Source of the DNA: Thermoproteota archaeon
GTDB lineage: Archaea > Korarchaeota > Korarchaeia > Korarchaeales > Korarchaeaceae
DNA length: 28,423 nt
Direction of reading: 5' to 3'
Assembly: GCA_037917625.1 (NCBI GenBank)
Contig: JAVCBY010000010.1
Span: forward strand, 1 to 28,423
The notes below the pieces were generated by a model. The model ran no database searches. It was not told where the DNA came from and saw nothing but the letters and a program-made list of their open reading frames with translations. A program made the translations under genes and the position numbers. Positions 27,134 through 28,423 of this stretch are shown here, one piece after another. The number at the start of each line of letters is the position of its first letter. The stretch's first letter is position 1.

Positions 27134-28209
27134 ATGAATCCCTGGGCGATAGGATCCCTGGGCTTTATGATCTCCCTCAGATAAGATGTAGCATATGCCC
27201 CAGATTCTAGGAAGAAGGAGAGCACGATAAAGCCCTCTCTCTCGATGATCTTGGGCTCGACCTCGCAGAGAGCTTTCCTAAAGCCTCCGAGGGCGCTGAT
27301 CTCAGGCAGCTCCCTGAATATGAACATCTCCTTCTTCACGCCTTCCTCCCTCAGGATAGATTTGAGCTCTTCAGCTAGCCATCCTCTAGCTTCAGTCAGG
27401 CCTCCCACTAATGGTAGGAGCAAGCTTCCCCTCTCAGGATAGAGAGCTATCTCACCGTTGGGCTTCAACACGAAATCACCATACTTAGGCTCGATCCCCG
27501 ACTCAATCCTCCTTGATAAGATCAAGTTGAATATGTAGGATTGATATGAGTGCACGTAGAATCTGATCAATTCTGACCCGATCCTCTCGGAGAGTTGTTT
27601 CAAGCTCCTGACATCCCTTGCATCATGCCCTTGCTCTGATATCATGGAGGAGGCTCCCTCGATATCTCTCAGCAATATAGCCTTACCTATCTCATGATTA
27701 TACGGCCTCTCTACACCGAACCTCTGGTAAGAGAAGAAATTCGGGAATATCTTAGGGAGTTCAATCCCCTCAGCCCCTCTGATCACTATAGTAAAATGAT
27801 TCCCATCGTTCATACCTAGATATATCATCTCCCCTCTCCCAGCGTACCTTAAGCTCACTCCCTCTATCTCCGGTAGCTCCTTAAGGCTACCTTGGACTGA
27901 GATGAATTGAAAACTGATGGATCTAGCGTCCTTCATCCCAGCGTACCCAACGCGCCTCCCCAACTTCCTAGAGAGCCTAGATATCATCTCAAAGCTGTCC
28001 ATCTTGACTCTCTTCATCACGACTAGATAATTGGCCTCGCCCCCCTCGAACTTATCGATGCCCAAGAAGGCCCTAGAGGCTCTTCTACCTAGCAGAACTT
28101 CATCTACTATGAAATCGCTGAGCTTCTCCCTGAGCCTCCCATTTATAGGAGCTCCTCCGCTCATATAGGTCAACATACCTAAATGAGAGTCTATTGGGGG
28201 GACCTCCAT
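27130..28209 (-). CDS. truD: tRNA pseudouridine-13 synthase TruD
   Basis: DFIVDE, YAGMKDARS, GNHFTI, PNFFSYQRFG, SYQSYIFN, GAYATSYLRE. Confidence 0.95.
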   Translation of the reverse strand: MEVPPIDSHLGMLTYMSGGAPINGRLREKLSDFIVDEVLLGRRASRAFLGIDKFEGGEANYLVVMKRVKMDSFEMISRLSRKLGRRVGYAGMKDARSISFQFISVQGSLKELPEIEGVSLRYAGRGEMIYLGMNDGNHFTIVIRGAEGIELPKIFPNFFSYQRFGVERPYNHEIGKAILLRDIEGASSMISEQGHDARDVRSLKQLSERIGSELIRFYVHSYQSYIFNLILSRRIESGIEPKYGDFVLKPNGEIALYPERGSLLLPLVGGLTEARGWLAEELKSILREEGVKKEMFIFRELPEISALGGFRKALCEVEPKIIEREGFIVLSFFLESGAYATSYLREIIKPRDPIAQGFI

Positions 28210-28392
28210 TTCATCACCCCCCTAGTTCCCGGGAAGCACTTTTCACCCTTTTGATGGAAGCCACTCGGGATCTTTCGAACGCATAATAGAATCCCCTTTC
28301 TACGAAGCCAAGTGAGCGGGACCGAACTCCCCTCGAACTGATGCGGAATCTTTAAATAGGAGGGATCTACGATTATCGTGGCGGGGTTAGGC

Positions 28393-28423
28393 AGCGGGGT
28401 GGGGCAGTCTGGTAGCCCGCCGG
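28393..28423 (+). tRNA. 5' part of a tRNA, probably initiator tRNA-Met (cut by the window end)
   Basis: AGCGGGG TG GGGC AGTCTGGTA GCCC G CCGG matches the archaeal iMet 5' half (A1 start); anticodon not visible; TTTAAATA at 28351. Confidence 0.7.

Overview
Archaeal chromosomal window, most likely Korarchaeota (Korarchaeum-like). This is inferred from AGG/ATA/GAG-rich codon use, SepF, GGTGA ribosome-binding sites and gene order; no database search was run. Most of the window is dense housekeeping DNA: EF-1beta, FEN-1, Pth2, HemK2, KsgA, RtcB, an FKBP PPIase, proteasome beta, aCPSF1/FttA, SepF, LSm, eL37, a class III aminotransferase, Cgi121, prefoldin beta, RecJ/GAN, uS15, RdgB, Bud32, PIMT, TruD and four host-type tRNAs. 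Four regions stand out. (1) 1-1114 is a three-gene deletion mosaic: an Ig-like surface protein, an argF fragment and an unknown C-terminus. (2) 6048-6306 is a 259-bp non-autonomous IS200/IS605 derivative that keeps a promoter and an omegaRNA-like scaffold; it sits in the last codon of hemK and leaves the protein unchanged. (3) About 13750-20650 is a ~7-kb AT-rich foreign island after tRNA-Phe. It carries its own tRNA-Gln(CTG) with a 12-nt non-canonical intron, Cys-rich secreted proteins, and a decayed gene whose 5' and 3' halves lie at opposite ends of the island. (4) A candidate pseudoknot/K-loop RNA lies upstream of rps15.
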